This document shows positions 51,884-62,282 of a DNA stretch of 64,000 bases, in pieces. The first letter of the stretch is position 1; each line of letters begins with the position of its first letter. Origin of the DNA: Methylophaga sp. (lineage in GTDB: Bacteria; Pseudomonadota; Gammaproteobacteria; Nitrosococcales; Methylophagaceae); the NCBI GenBank assembly GCA_965659475.1, contig CBFHWI010000005.1, positions 801 to 64,800 of the forward strand, in the 5' to 3' direction. The notes below the pieces were generated by a model. That model worked only from the letters and a program-made list of their open reading frames with translations, was not told the origin of the DNA and ran no database searches. The position numbers were made by a program, and so were the translations under genes.

Positions 51884-52628
51884 CTTTATTCGCGGGGCCC
51901 GCTATTTACTGGGCGGTTTTTCGCTGATTAACCAACCAGGCGTAAGGCGCTTTGCTTATATTCCAATCCTGATTAATACGCTGCTTTTCAGCGCCGCAAT
52001 CTGGTTTGGTATTTCGCAGTTTGATTATTGGATGGCCGAACTGACCCCGAGCTGGCTGCCGGCGTGGCTGGCCAGTGCGCTGATGTGGATTTTATGGCCA
52101 CTGTTTGCTTTGTTGCTCCTCATTATCGTGTTTTTCACTTTTACCATTCTGGCCAATATTGTCGCGGCGCCGTTTAACGGTCTGCTGGCCGAAGCTGTAG
52201 AAAAACGCCTGTCAAATCAGCCACCGCCCGAACAAACCACGCTGCAGCTCATTGCCGATACGCCGCGAATGATCTGGAACGAGATCCGTAAACTGGGTTA
52301 TTTACTGAAATGGATGCTGCCATTGCTGTTGCTGTTGTTGGTCCCGGGGCTGAATCTGATTGCGCCGCTGTTGTGGATGGTTTTTTCCAGCTGGACACTG
52401 GCGCTGGATTATCATGATTATCCACTGGGTAATCATTTGCTAGGCTTTCCCGAACAACGCGCCCTGCTTGGCCAAAAACGTTGGCTAGCACTGGGGTTTG
52501 GCATGGCGACATTAGGTGCGACAATGATACCGGTAATCAATTTTCTGGTGATTCCGGCGGCCACAGCTGGCGCTACGCAGCTTTATGTTGAGCGTTTAAA
52601 AGGTTTGCCGGTTAAGACTGTTCGGTAA
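51876..52628 (+). CDS. cysZ: Sulfate transporter CysZ
   Basis: IPILIN, ANIVAAPFNGLLAEAVE, DYP, IPVINFLVIPAA. Confidence 0.9.
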   Translation: MGDFIRGARYLLGGFSLINQPGVRRFAYIPILINTLLFSAAIWFGISQFDYWMAELTPSWLPAWLASALMWILWPLFALLLLIIVFFTFTILANIVAAPFNGLLAEAVEKRLSNQPPPEQTTLQLIADTPRMIWNEIRKLGYLLKWMLPLLLLLLVPGLNLIAPLLWMVFSSWTLALDYHDYPLGNHLLGFPEQRALLGQKRWLALGFGMATLGATMIPVINFLVIPAATAGATQLYVERLKGLPVKTVR

Positions 52629-52815
52629 TTTTTTGCACCGCTTCATCAAGCAGCGTTTCAATATCCCATTCGCAAGAACCGCAACCGGAAATACAACCGG
52701 TTTTGCGGGAAATGGTATCAGCATCAACAATACCCTGCTCTACCAGACTCAACACTTTCCCGCGCGTGGTGCCGCTGCAATCGCAGATGATTTCCTGTGG
52801 ATTATCAATTTCCAT
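52612..52815 (-). CDS. BFD-like [2Fe-2S]-binding protein
   Basis: ICDC...TGCISGCGSC. Confidence 0.8.
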   Translation of the reverse strand: MEIDNPQEIICDCSGTTRGKVLSLVEQGIVDADTISRKTGCISGCGSCEWDIETLLDEAVQKITEQS

Positions 52816-53989
52816 AAAGCTGCTTAATTTTGTCACTTAGTTGCGTCAGTAATTTAATATCTTTGGTATAGGTAAATCGACAATATTGCTGGCTTAGATG
52901 TTCACCAAAATCATTACCCGGTGTGATCGCCACCCCTGCTTTATCGAGCAGATATTGCGATAAGGCCATACTGCCTCGAATCTGTTCATTTAAAAAACGA
53001 CCGCAATCAGCGTAGATATAGAATGCACCCTGCGGTTTAACCGGGATCTGAAATCCTAAATCTGTCAAAGCCGGCAACAGAAAATTACGGCGTTGCTCAA
53101 ATTGCTGTCGTCGCGATTCAAGGATGGCTAATGTATCAGACTGAAAAGCTGCCATGGCCGCATATTGTGAAACCGTCGGTGCTGCCAGATAAAGATTTTG
53201 CGCCAAACGATCCATGACCGGTTCCAGACTCTCTGGCACCACCGCCCAACCAAGTCGCCAGCCAGTCATACCGAAAAATTTAGAGAAACTGTTAATAACA
53301 ATAGCGTCATTATCAACTTCCAGCACGCTAGGCAGTTGAACGTTGTCATAGGTCAGGCCATGATAAATCTCATCGACAATCAACGTGCCGTTTTGGGCTT
53401 TCACGGCATTGGCCAGTGCCTTTAATTCAGGTTTGAGTAACACCGTGCCGGTCGGATTCGATGGCGATGCCACCAAGGCCAGTTGACTGTCTTTATCCCA
53501 GTAATCGGCAATATGCTGCGCGGTTAACTGAAATGCAGAATCAGCACCGACCGGTACTGGTTTGGCACACCCTTCCAGAAACCGGGCAAAATGCCGGTTA
53601 CAGGGGTAACCGGGATCGGTCATCAGCACATTTTTACCTTGTTCCAGCAGCGCCCCCAATACCAGCAATAAAGCGCCGGATGCGCCCGGTGTGACGATAA
53701 TCCGCCGGGGTGAAATCGTCAGCCCATAGCGGCTGTGATACCAGCCGGCAATCGCTTCACGCAACTCGGGTAAACCCAGCGCCGGTGTATAAAAAGTCCG
53801 CTGGTTTTGCAGCGCTTTAATACCGGCATCAATAATCGGCTGTGGCGTCGCAAAATCCGGTTCGCCAATTTCCAGATGCAGAATATCTCTGCCCTGCGCT
53901 TCCAACCCTTTGGCACGGGCCAGAATATCCATCACATGAAACGGCTCAATGTCCGCCGCCCGGCGGCTAATTGGCAAAGGCTTTGCCAT
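52805..53989 (-). CDS. Class I PLP-dependent aminotransferase
   Basis: IGEPDF, SPSNPTG, DEIY, NSFSKFFGMTGWRLGW. Confidence 0.93.
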   Translation of the reverse strand: MAKPLPISRRAADIEPFHVMDILARAKGLEAQGRDILHLEIGEPDFATPQPIIDAGIKALQNQRTFYTPALGLPELREAIAGWYHSRYGLTISPRRIIVTPGASGALLLVLGALLEQGKNVLMTDPGYPCNRHFARFLEGCAKPVPVGADSAFQLTAQHIADYWDKDSQLALVASPSNPTGTVLLKPELKALANAVKAQNGTLIVDEIYHGLTYDNVQLPSVLEVDNDAIVINSFSKFFGMTGWRLGWAVVPESLEPVMDRLAQNLYLAAPTVSQYAAMAAFQSDTLAILESRRQQFEQRRNFLLPALTDLGFQIPVKPQGAFYIYADCGRFLNEQIRGSMALSQYLLDKAGVAITPGNDFGEHLSQQYCRFTYTKDIKLLTQLSDKIKQLYGN

Positions 53990-54725
53990 GTAATTCCTTT
54001 AATGAATTAACAGAAATATAAAAATCGTTTAATGCCTCACCAGCCAGCACCTGGCTGGGTAAATCTGGTTCACCCAATTGATCAATCACGCTGCTTGCGC
54101 CGCTAAAATCATCCTGAGGGGTGTAATCGTTAACCTTAATCAAGGTTGCCAGATTGGCACTTCTCACCGCTTGCAAGCCATTGACGGAATCTTCAATAAC
54201 CAGATAATCCTTTGCGACTAAGCCGAGTTATTGTAAATAAAAATGATACATATCGGCTGCCGTTTTTTGGAGAACCGGCACTGCCACCATCGGCAATACA
54301 ATCAAACCAGTCAATAGCCTGCTCACCAAACGTATTACGTAATAAACCGCTGGTGGTGGCAATGGCCAAACGCAATCCAGCTTCATGACATTCGTTAATT
54401 AACCGTTGCACGCCACCCCGGGGTTGAATAATATTATCCCGCAATAGCTGGACGTAATGCCCCGGGTTTTATCAGCATGCAGTTTGTCGATAGCAGGTGT
54501 TGGATCGCCATTAAAACCACATTGCAGATGGCAGTTTTCAAGACAATAACGAATGTGTTCTTTACCTTCGGTCACCGCCAGTAATTCATCCCACAAAACG
54601 GCGTCCCAGTGCCAGTCGAGACCGTTCTCAATAAATGCGCGATTAAAGGCAATACGGTGTCCATCACGTTCTGTTTCAGCCAAACTACTATCGACATCGA
54701 AAACCAACGCTTTTAATGCACTCAT
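53967..54725 (-). pseudogene. cbbY: CbbY-family HAD phosphatase, decayed
   Basis: FDVDSSLAETERDGHRIAFN (motif I altered), frameshifts near 54460 and 54280, TAA at 54228-54230, EDSVNG and DQLGEPD retained. Confidence 0.85.
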
Positions 54726-54838
54726 AAATCTTTTTTCCATCAGATTTTGCGCTAAAATATGCTGATTATTTTGCACAACCCTGAGCCATCTGCTATAGAT
54801 GCGCCCTTAATTTTTTTGAAAGTATGAGGTTTTTTAAG

Positions 54839-55261
54839 ATGGACGCAAGTCAAAGCGACGTTAACTTCACTCCTTACCAGCCTGCCGAAGGCGAAGAATA
54901 CATGAATGCTGAGATGACTAAGCATTTCCGTGCCATCCTTGGTAAATGGCGTTCACAGTTGAGGGATGAAGTAGATCGTACGGTTCATCACATGCAAGAT
55001 GAAGCAGCGAATTTTCCTGATCCTAATGACCGCGCGACCCAGGAAGAAGAGTTTACCCTGGAACTGCGTACCCGGGACCGCGAGCGCAAACTGATTAAAA
55101 AAATCGAAGAATCGCTGATTGATCTGGACAAAGGTGATTACGGTTTTTGCGAATCATGCGGCACTGAAATCGGTATTCGCAGACTAGAAGCACGGCCAAC
55201 GGCGACCTTGTGCATTGATTGCAAAACGCTGGATGAAATTCGCGAGAAAAACCGCGTTTAA
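54839..55261 (+). CDS. dksA: RNA polymerase-binding protein DksA
   Basis: [32 protein letters not shown]; GAGG RBS (alternative ATG at 54824). Confidence 0.96.
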   Translation: MDASQSDVNFTPYQPAEGEEYMNAEMTKHFRAILGKWRSQLRDEVDRTVHHMQDEAANFPDPNDRATQEEEFTLELRTRDRERKLIKKIEESLIDLDKGDYGFCESCGTEIGIRRLEARPTATLCIDCKTLDEIREKNRV

Positions 55262-55293
55262 AACTCGAAACCTCATACACTAGGGAACGGCTC

Positions 55294-55319
55294 AAAACCC
55301 CGCTACTGCGGGGTTTTTT
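55294..55319. terminator. Bidirectional terminator between dksA and tamB
   Basis: AAAACCCCGC-TACT-GCGGGGTTTTTT. Confidence 0.85.
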
Positions 55320-55334
55320 GTCTCTGAAATTTAT

Positions 55335-58300
55335 TCATCGTTCGAAGATATACAGTAAATCAACACCACTTTCGGTGCCGGATTCGGCTTGTAGCGTCCA
55401 GATTTTGCTCAATTCATAACGCATTTGCACCGTGCTGATCGGCTCCAGCACCCCAATGCCGTAGCCTATATATAACCGCGGTGATAAATATTTGCCGATT
55501 TCAACGGCCGCAGTGTCCGGGCTGTCGCCGGTAAAAGCTACACTATCCAAACCAAAAGTACTGGCAATCTGATCGCTAAGGGCATTGCCGTTTTGGATCC
55601 CCAAACTGGTTGCCGCTGACGCCAACATAGCGCCGTCACTGGAGTTAGCCTCATTTAACGGCCGGCCAATCAGGATATAAGACAGAATATTGTCTTGACT
55701 CATACTGGGTATTGAAAATAACGCGGCCTGCGAATTATCGACGGGTCCGGTCAAATGAATACCCGCGGTGACATCGGTTAGTTTACGAACGGCTCTGACG
55801 TCCAAATCCGGATTATCAATCGCTCCCCCCGAAAAACGAATTTTGCCATTATCAACCGTTAATTTACGACCATAAGCGACATAGCTGCCGTCTTTGAGGG
55901 TGATTTCACCATCAGCCAGCAATAACTCTCCGGCATCGCCTGATACCGCCAAATCACCCGTTAAATGTCCCTGAAAGCCAGCAGCGCGGATGTCTACCTT
56001 ATCGCCAAGACTGACAAGAATATCGATATCTGTTTCTAATATAGTGGCTTCAGGTTGCGGCTCATTAATGATCACCACATCTTTACTAGGACTGACTGCC
56101 ATATTAAATTGCATGGGCTCCAGATGTGCTTCCGGAATGGTCAGGTTGCCGCGTAATTTTGCGGCCTGTGCCGTCATTTCCAATTGTAAATCCGGCGAGG
56201 CGATGACGTAGGCTTCAGGCAGATTCATCAGCAGCACCTTGTCACCCTTAATCACGGCAACCAGTTGCCAGCCGTCATCAGGCAACAAAAATTCACCATC
56301 AATTTCAATGGGCCCCAGTGCTGAAGTCCCTTGCAACAGGAAATTAATGCCCGTTTTTGGATCGCCACTGAGATCGACATTTAAATCTTTTAAAATAATG
56401 CCCAATTCAGTTAATGCCACTTCAGCATCACGTAGACTGAGCATGGAATTAATTTGCGGTTTTTTAAAGGTACCGTTGATATCAATATCGGCGTTAAAGA
56501 TGCCTTGCAAATCCTCAACCACCGGATGCGCCAAATCCAGTTCGGATAAATCCTCAATGTCGGTTTGCAGTTGTAACGCGATTTGACTGTCCATCGGTGC
56601 CAGTAAAACCTGTTTCAATGGTGGCATTTGCAACCGTGCCTCTAGCGGCGAAACACCGGTAATATCGGGCACTAAAGTCAACGATAATGCACTTTTATCA
56701 GCATCGATCTGATATTGCAGGTTTAAGGTTTTTAGCTCAAAGGATTGCGCTTGCCGGAAACCATCACCAATTAATTGCACCGCACCACTTTGTAAATCAA
56801 TCTGACCACTGCCGGTATAGTTTTGCGCGGGGTCGACAGCCAATGAAAACCCGCCTTGTAAGTCGCCACTGAGTTTGGCGTAATCCCGATAAAAGCTTTC
56901 TAATAAACTAATCGGAAGCGCTTTAAATCTGCCCGCTGTCTGCCAGCCTTGATCACCGGTGTTTTCTACTTGCAAACAAATTTCGCCTTGCCCTGACTGC
57001 CAACAATGTTGGGGAAGCGTTTGGCTTTGCACCGACAAATTCAGCGCGTCCTTTTCGGTCAGCAACCAACGTCCGGCTTCAGGATTTTCAATGGTAAATT
57101 CGCTAAACTGCCCCTGCCATGAATTACGGTTCATGCCACCATCAGCAGCAATCTGCAGATTCAAAATAGCGGATTGCAGTTCGGCATTAAGTTGCTGTTG
57201 ATCGCGCTGGCCTGTGAAATTAATGGTCAGAGAATCAATTGGCTGGCCCGCCAGCTGCATATTTGTGGCTGACAGAGACAATTCACCCACTTTTTCGCCG
57301 CTCAAATCAATATTGGCTTGACCTTGCAGTTGGCCAACCGCCATATCGGTATAGGCAATATTATTGCCGTTAATATCAGCCAATAGTCTTAAGGCTGAGG
57401 GTTTACCAGCCAAATCACCAGAGGCTGTCAACTCACCGCTTAAATACGGCATAAAGTCATTGAGATCTGGTGAGTTAATTTGCCATTTTACTGCGGTTTC
57501 GGGTTGTAACTGACCACTTATCAGGATCTCTGAACTGCCCGCCTGCAAATTAAACCGCGGCACCATCAAGCTGTCATTAACCATATCGGCATCGGCGTTA
57601 AGCTTAAGTTGGCGGTCACGCAATTGGCCGGTTAACGACAAATTGCGCAGTTTTATTTCGCGCAAGTTGTCAGAAGACTGTTTAAAACTTAAGTCCGCCT
57701 GACCACTAATCAGGCCGGGCCATTCATTGGCAAAGGTTTGTGGATTAAACTGGCGCAGCGTCAAACGGCCGTTGGTGGCAAATTTATCTTGCAGAGCGAT
57801 TTCACCAGCAAAACCGGCAGCGCCTTCTGGCAATTTCAAATCAAGCTTAATGTTAGCATTAAGCATTTGTGGGCTGTCAGCGCGCAACCGTATTTGATAT
57901 GGCTGATTATCAACGTCGATGTTGCTATCCAGCTGCACTTTAAATTGGCTGGTATCTCCGCTTAAAGCCAGATTACCACTCGATATATTTATGTTTGTTG
58001 GGCTTAAATCTTTGGGGATCTGAATATCCTGCCAGTTAGCAGTCGCCGAATACTGCAAGGTTTCTGCCCATTGAAAGTCGCCTTCAACTTGCATTTCACC
58101 GGCCGCATGTTGCAACTGCATGCCACTAACCGAAATATTTTGCAGATCCCCAGCAGCACTCATCAACATGGAGAATTTTTCGTCATACACTTGAGACTGA
58201 CTGTTAAGTTGCAGCTGATAGGCCTGGAACGTCCCAATCAGACTGATTTGACCATTAGATTGATCAATAATCTTAGTTGGCTTCAACAATGGCCAGCTTA

Positions 58301-59369
58301 ACGATTTCCAGCGTCCTGTCAGGGCAAACTGCGGATTTTCAGGACTCGCAGTATCTATACTGCCGCTGATATCAACTTCGGTGCTTTTATCAATTTCCAG
58401 ATGGCTATCTACTAACCAATTCTGCAGATCATCACTGTTTAAACGTGTTTTAAGGTAGAGTGGCGGCAATTCTGGATGAAGCCCAGTAATATCGGTTTCC
58501 AGTTGCAACTGTGCTGAGCTGAAATCACCCTGACCGGTAACGTTGAATGACTGTAAATGTCCAGCTTGGTCTTTAAGGAAATGACCAAGCGTCCACGAGT
58601 CCCCGTCAACCAATAAACGCCATTTGGGATCAGTCAGCAGATCCGACATAATGATAATCTGCTCGGAAGCAAGCGGCTCACCAATTTGCTGGTGTAACGT
58701 CATTCGATGCATATCACCACTTAACGTCGCAGTCACATCAACTTTGCCCCACTGCGGGTGATTGATATTCAAACCATAATTAAGGTTGGTTCGGTAAGCA
58801 CCGCTAAATTGCACGTTCCCCACCATGGTTGTCGCAAAATCCGGGCGGAACACATTAAATGACGCTATTGTCAGCCGGTCATGACTGAATCGCAGTGCAG
58901 TATCCAGACGATCAAAGAGGAAAATTGGCTTGCCATTAAACGGTGTTAAAGAGGCATCGCTGATTCGCAGCGAACGAATATGCAGCCCCACCGGTAACGC
59001 CAGTTGAAATAACGCCTGATCTTCCGGCGCTGGTTCATCTTTGTCTTCTGGCAAGCTGATTTGTAATTTGCTGACATGTAACTGGTTAATGATTAAACGG
59101 CCACTTAAAATAGACCATAGTTGCCACCGACCATCAATGTTATCAATTTTAACCTTTGGCCCATCCGCCGGCGCAAAGCGAATATCTTCGAGAATTAGGC
59201 CGTCATACAGGCGGCCGCTGGCTTCGCCAAAGGTTAACCCAGCAAAGACTTTCTGGGCAAATTTGACACTACTTTGTATTCCGGATTGTGTGGCCAACAC
59301 CCAATATCCACCACTGACTAAAGCCAACAGTAATGTCGAAAGGAAGACAGGAATTAACCAGCGTTTCAT
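55335..59369 (-). CDS. tamB: Translocation and assembly module TamB
   Basis: N-terminal anchor, long beta-rich body, DUF490 end (DNPDLDVRA, GKYLSPRLY, GVDLLY). Confidence 0.92.
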   Translation of the reverse strand: MKRWLIPVFLSTLLLALVSGGYWVLATQSGIQSSVKFAQKVFAGLTFGEASGRLYDGLILEDIRFAPADGPKVKIDNIDGRWQLWSILSGRLIINQLHVSKLQISLPEDKDEPAPEDQALFQLALPVGLHIRSLRISDASLTPFNGKPIFLFDRLDTALRFSHDRLTIASFNVFRPDFATTMVGNVQFSGAYRTNLNYGLNINHPQWGKVDVTATLSGDMHRMTLHQQIGEPLASEQIIIMSDLLTDPKWRLLVDGDSWTLGHFLKDQAGHLQSFNVTGQGDFSSAQLQLETDITGLHPELPPLYLKTRLNSDDLQNWLVDSHLEIDKSTEVDISGSIDTASPENPQFALTGRWKSLSWPLLKPTKIIDQSNGQISLIGTFQAYQLQLNSQSQVYDEKFSMLMSAAGDLQNISVSGMQLQHAAGEMQVEGDFQWAETLQYSATANWQDIQIPKDLSPTNINISSGNLALSGDTSQFKVQLDSNIDVDNQPYQIRLRADSPQMLNANIKLDLKLPEGAAGFAGEIALQDKFATNGRLTLRQFNPQTFANEWPGLISGQADLSFKQSSDNLREIKLRNLSLTGQLRDRQLKLNADADMVNDSLMVPRFNLQAGSSEILISGQLQPETAVKWQINSPDLNDFMPYLSGELTASGDLAGKPSALRLLADINGNNIAYTDMAVGQLQGQANIDLSGEKVGELSLSATNMQLAGQPIDSLTINFTGQRDQQQLNAELQSAILNLQIAADGGMNRNSWQGQFSEFTIENPEAGRWLLTEKDALNLSVQSQTLPQHCWQSGQGEICLQVENTGDQGWQTAGRFKALPISLLESFYRDYAKLSGDLQGGFSLAVDPAQNYTGSGQIDLQSGAVQLIGDGFRQAQSFELKTLNLQYQIDADKSALSLTLVPDITGVSPLEARLQMPPLKQVLLAPMDSQIALQLQTDIEDLSELDLAHPVVEDLQGIFNADIDINGTFKKPQINSMLSLRDAEVALTELGIILKDLNVDLSGDPKTGINFLLQGTSALGPIEIDGEFLLPDDGWQLVAVIKGDKVLLMNLPEAYVIASPDLQLEMTAQAAKLRGNLTIPEAHLEPMQFNMAVSPSKDVVIINEPQPEATILETDIDILVSLGDKVDIRAAGFQGHLTGDLAVSGDAGELLLADGEITLKDGSYVAYGRKLTVDNGKIRFSGGAIDNPDLDVRAVRKLTDVTAGIHLTGPVDNSQAALFSIPSMSQDNILSYILIGRPLNEANSSDGAMLASAATSLGIQNGNALSDQIASTFGLDSVAFTGDSPDTAAVEIGKYLSPRLYIGYGIGVLEPISTVQMRYELSKIWTLQAESGTESGVDLLYIFER

Positions 59370-61120
59370 AAATCTGGCCCAATTACGATATGCAAACCTA
59401 TTGGCTTATCTTTATCAGAAATGCCCTGAGCAATATCGAGCCGAATCAAACCGACGGGTGACCGCCAGCGCACACCAAAGCCAACACTGTATTCAAACGG
59501 ATCTGACCAATCGTTAAAGGCATTACCAAAATCGGTAAATACAGCCCCACCCCAGTTACCGTAAAACATATTTTCATATTCAATACTGGCCACCGCCATA
59601 TAACGTCCGCCCACTACTTCATCCTTGTCATTTTCAGGTCCGAGTGACTGGTAATCAAAGCCTCGGATACTGTTGTCACCGCCGGCAAAATACCGCAATG
59701 AGCTAGGCAACTGATTAAAATCACTGACGCTGGTAGCACCAATTTGGCCGCGGGTAATAAAGCGACTGGTTTCAGTCAGACGCTTAATATATTTGCCTCT
59801 TAATATTACCTGAGCAAAAGAGACATCGGATAGTAGCGATTCAGAGGCGCCCCTTAATGTCGCACTAAAGCGACCGCCATGTCGGGTATAAATTGAATCA
59901 TCAGCCCAGGTTCTTGCCAGGGTAATCTCGGGAATTAACAGCAATACAGAATCAGAATCATCGGCAATATCGAAATCTTCCTGCAGTAATTTCATACGCC
60001 CCGTTTCTTGCCAGCCCCAACGCTCACGCTGATAATAAGTACCGAGCGTATAACTGTGGCTATCACTGGTATCAGTGTTTTCTTGCAAAGAATCCGCATT
60101 GAACCCGACCTGCTGGATATTGTCACTCCAGAACGGCATTTGGTAATCAACACCCACCCGGTTAATAATTTCTGATAAGCGCATATCTGCTGATAAGCGA
60201 TGACCGCGATCGTTAACGTATCGATTTTGCCAACCTAAACCAATCCGCACACCTGTATCAGTACCATAACCAAGCCCGGCGCTATACCGGTGTTTTTTAT
60301 TGGCAGTGACGATAATCTCGACAGGTACCCGTCCGTCACTGCGCTGTTGAGTGAGTGTGCGGGCATTGATTTCTTCAAAATAACCACTGTTATTGAGATT
60401 ATTACGCAATTCCAGCACTTTATCGGCACGATAAACATCGCCGGCTCTAAAGGGCGTGAGCCGACTCAGTAAATCTTTGGAAACGACGGTATCAGGATAC
60501 TGGATATCACCGAAACGGTATCTCTCACCAGATTGGTAATTTAAACAAACAGTTGCCGTGTTTTTATCAGTATTAACTTCAACTTTATTGCAGGTGAATT
60601 TGCCGTCAAAAAAACCGCGTTCTGCTGCCAGGCGCAATATGTCTTTTTTGGCGGATTCGTAGCGGGCGTGACGCAGCCGATCATCGATTTTCAGAGGGAA
60701 GTCAGCCAGTAAAACCTGAAATGCGATATCCTGCTCGCCAGCCCCACTGACGGCAATCTGCAAATCAGTGATCCGCACCGGTTCACCCACTTCAATTTGA
60801 TAATTGGCCAGCCATTGGTTTTCTACAGTTTGCTGTAAATCAACCGTAATGGTTGGACGGTAGTAGCCATATACAGTTAAGGTTTGGCGAATTTCGGCCT
60901 GTGCCAATTGATGCAGACGATTAACCAGCCGTTCAGATAAACGCTCACTATGACGTTGTCGCTGAATGCTCAGGCCATCCATAATACTTTTATTAATGAT
61001 GTCATTAACACCAGACACTTCAACACTGATGCCAGTATTTTTGGTGTCAGCCGATACCACCCCCGTCCATACCAAGCAAATCAAAATCAATAATAAATAA
61101 GGTTTCCAGATCAAGCGCAT
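59366..61120 (-). CDS. tamA: Translocation and assembly module TamA (start uncertain, 61120-61153)
   Basis: POTRA domains, GYGTDTG, FAGGDNSIRGF, RWRSPVGLIRLD, IGPDL. Confidence 0.93.
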   Translation of the reverse strand: MRLIWKPYLLLILICLVWTGVVSADTKNTGISVEVSGVNDIINKSIMDGLSIQRQRHSERLSERLVNRLHQLAQAEIRQTLTVYGYYRPTITVDLQQTVENQWLANYQIEVGEPVRITDLQIAVSGAGEQDIAFQVLLADFPLKIDDRLRHARYESAKKDILRLAAERGFFDGKFTCNKVEVNTDKNTATVCLNYQSGERYRFGDIQYPDTVVSKDLLSRLTPFRAGDVYRADKVLELRNNLNNSGYFEEINARTLTQQRSDGRVPVEIIVTANKKHRYSAGLGYGTDTGVRIGLGWQNRYVNDRGHRLSADMRLSEIINRVGVDYQMPFWSDNIQQVGFNADSLQENTDTSDSHSYTLGTYYQRERWGWQETGRMKLLQEDFDIADDSDSVLLLIPEITLARTWADDSIYTRHGGRFSATLRGASESLLSDVSFAQVILRGKYIKRLTETSRFITRGQIGATSVSDFNQLPSSLRYFAGGDNSIRGFDYQSLGPENDKDEVVGGRYMAVASIEYENMFYGNWGGAVFTDFGNAFNDWSDPFEYSVGFGVRWRSPVGLIRLDIAQGISDKDKPIGLHIVIGPDL

Positions 61121-61200
61121 GTAACCCATACCTAAACTTATGGCAGCGAACACCGCTATTATGACAGTCTAGGTCGTTGCTTGTTGGTGGGCTTAGCCAC

Positions 61201-62127
61201 TTAATTGCTGGCTGGTACCTTTTGTTTGCGGTAACTTGTTGGGCAACAACCAAAAAATTGGCTGAAGCGGCGGCTGAAATGACTAAGATCATTAAAACCA
61301 AAATTATAGCAAGCCTCAGTGATACTCTGACCATTACGGATCGCTGCGGCAGCTGACTTCAGGCGAATTTGCTGTTGAAATTCACCGGGTGTGCAGCCCA
61401 GCCTTTTTTTAAATTCAACATATAAACGGCTTCGGCTCATGCAGGCCTTGCGGCAAAGTTGATCGATATCAAGCGGCATGGTGATATTTTCTTCAAGACA
61501 ATGAATGGCAGCTGTAATCCCATTAGCATCAGGCGTTTGCTGGCAATAACTGAGCAACACTTCACGGCCTTGTTCACGTAATAAACGGGTAACCAATTCC
61601 GATACCCCTAAATCCACCATGATCTCTTTATCCGGATCATCACGGACGAACAAGCCAACTAACTTTTCCAGTAATTGCTGGGTATCCTTGGTGTGATGTT
61701 TATGGATGATTCGGGGTTGGTAGGACCAATCGTGATCGGGTACCTCTAAAGATACCAATCCCCGCATCCGATCTGAGATGGATTCAATTCGCTCCCGGGA
61801 TATCTCAATAGTCAGGCAGGTGGTTGGCTGTTGTTCGCTGGCATCCGGGAAGTCAATTTCAACAAATTCACCAGGCGGCAAGACATATGACTCATGTGGC
61901 AGGAACAATTTGCCTTGCGTATGATGAACATCGTGCATAACTTTTGTGCCGCTGACCATACCGCAATACAAAATTTGGCCGGCATCAAGTCCCACACCAG
62001 ACGCCGAACAGTAAGTATCATAAATACTCAGTTCCGTTTCCGGACCGGCAAAAGTCAGTTTATTTTCGATTAGAAGCTGGCGCTTTTCACGGCGTTTATT
62101 AATGAAAGGAACTTTATTGATATGCAT
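61201..62127 (-). CDS. AraC-family transcriptional regulator
   Basis: C-terminal double HTH (ACMSRSRLY..FK, GFNDLSHFSRRF); divergent from aldB. Confidence 0.9.
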   Translation of the reverse strand: MHINKVPFINKRREKRQLLIENKLTFAGPETELSIYDTYCSASGVGLDAGQILYCGMVSGTKVMHDVHHTQGKLFLPHESYVLPPGEFVEIDFPDASEQQPTTCLTIEISRERIESISDRMRGLVSLEVPDHDWSYQPRIIHKHHTKDTQQLLEKLVGLFVRDDPDKEIMVDLGVSELVTRLLREQGREVLLSYCQQTPDANGITAAIHCLEENITMPLDIDQLCRKACMSRSRLYVEFKKRLGCTPGEFQQQIRLKSAAAAIRNGQSITEACYNFGFNDLSHFSRRFSQFFGCCPTSYRKQKVPASN

Positions 62128-62174
62128 ACAGGTATTTGCAAACGGTTGATTTACGTTGATTCTGCGGCGGTTCT

Positions 62175-62210
62175 GGACTATAAGTCAAGTGATTGGGAAT
62201 ATTGGTCAAG
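62175..62210 (+). promoter_or_regulatory. Candidate AraC-family tandem binding site
   Basis: GGACTATAAGTCAAG and GGAATATTGGTCAAG with a 21-bp period; TATGCT -10-like at 62232. Confidence 0.55.
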
Positions 62211-62282
62211 CGCAGTTTTACTACGCAGCTTTATGCTGATAATTTAATGCAATACTTATAACTACTAGAAGAGAGAGTCATT

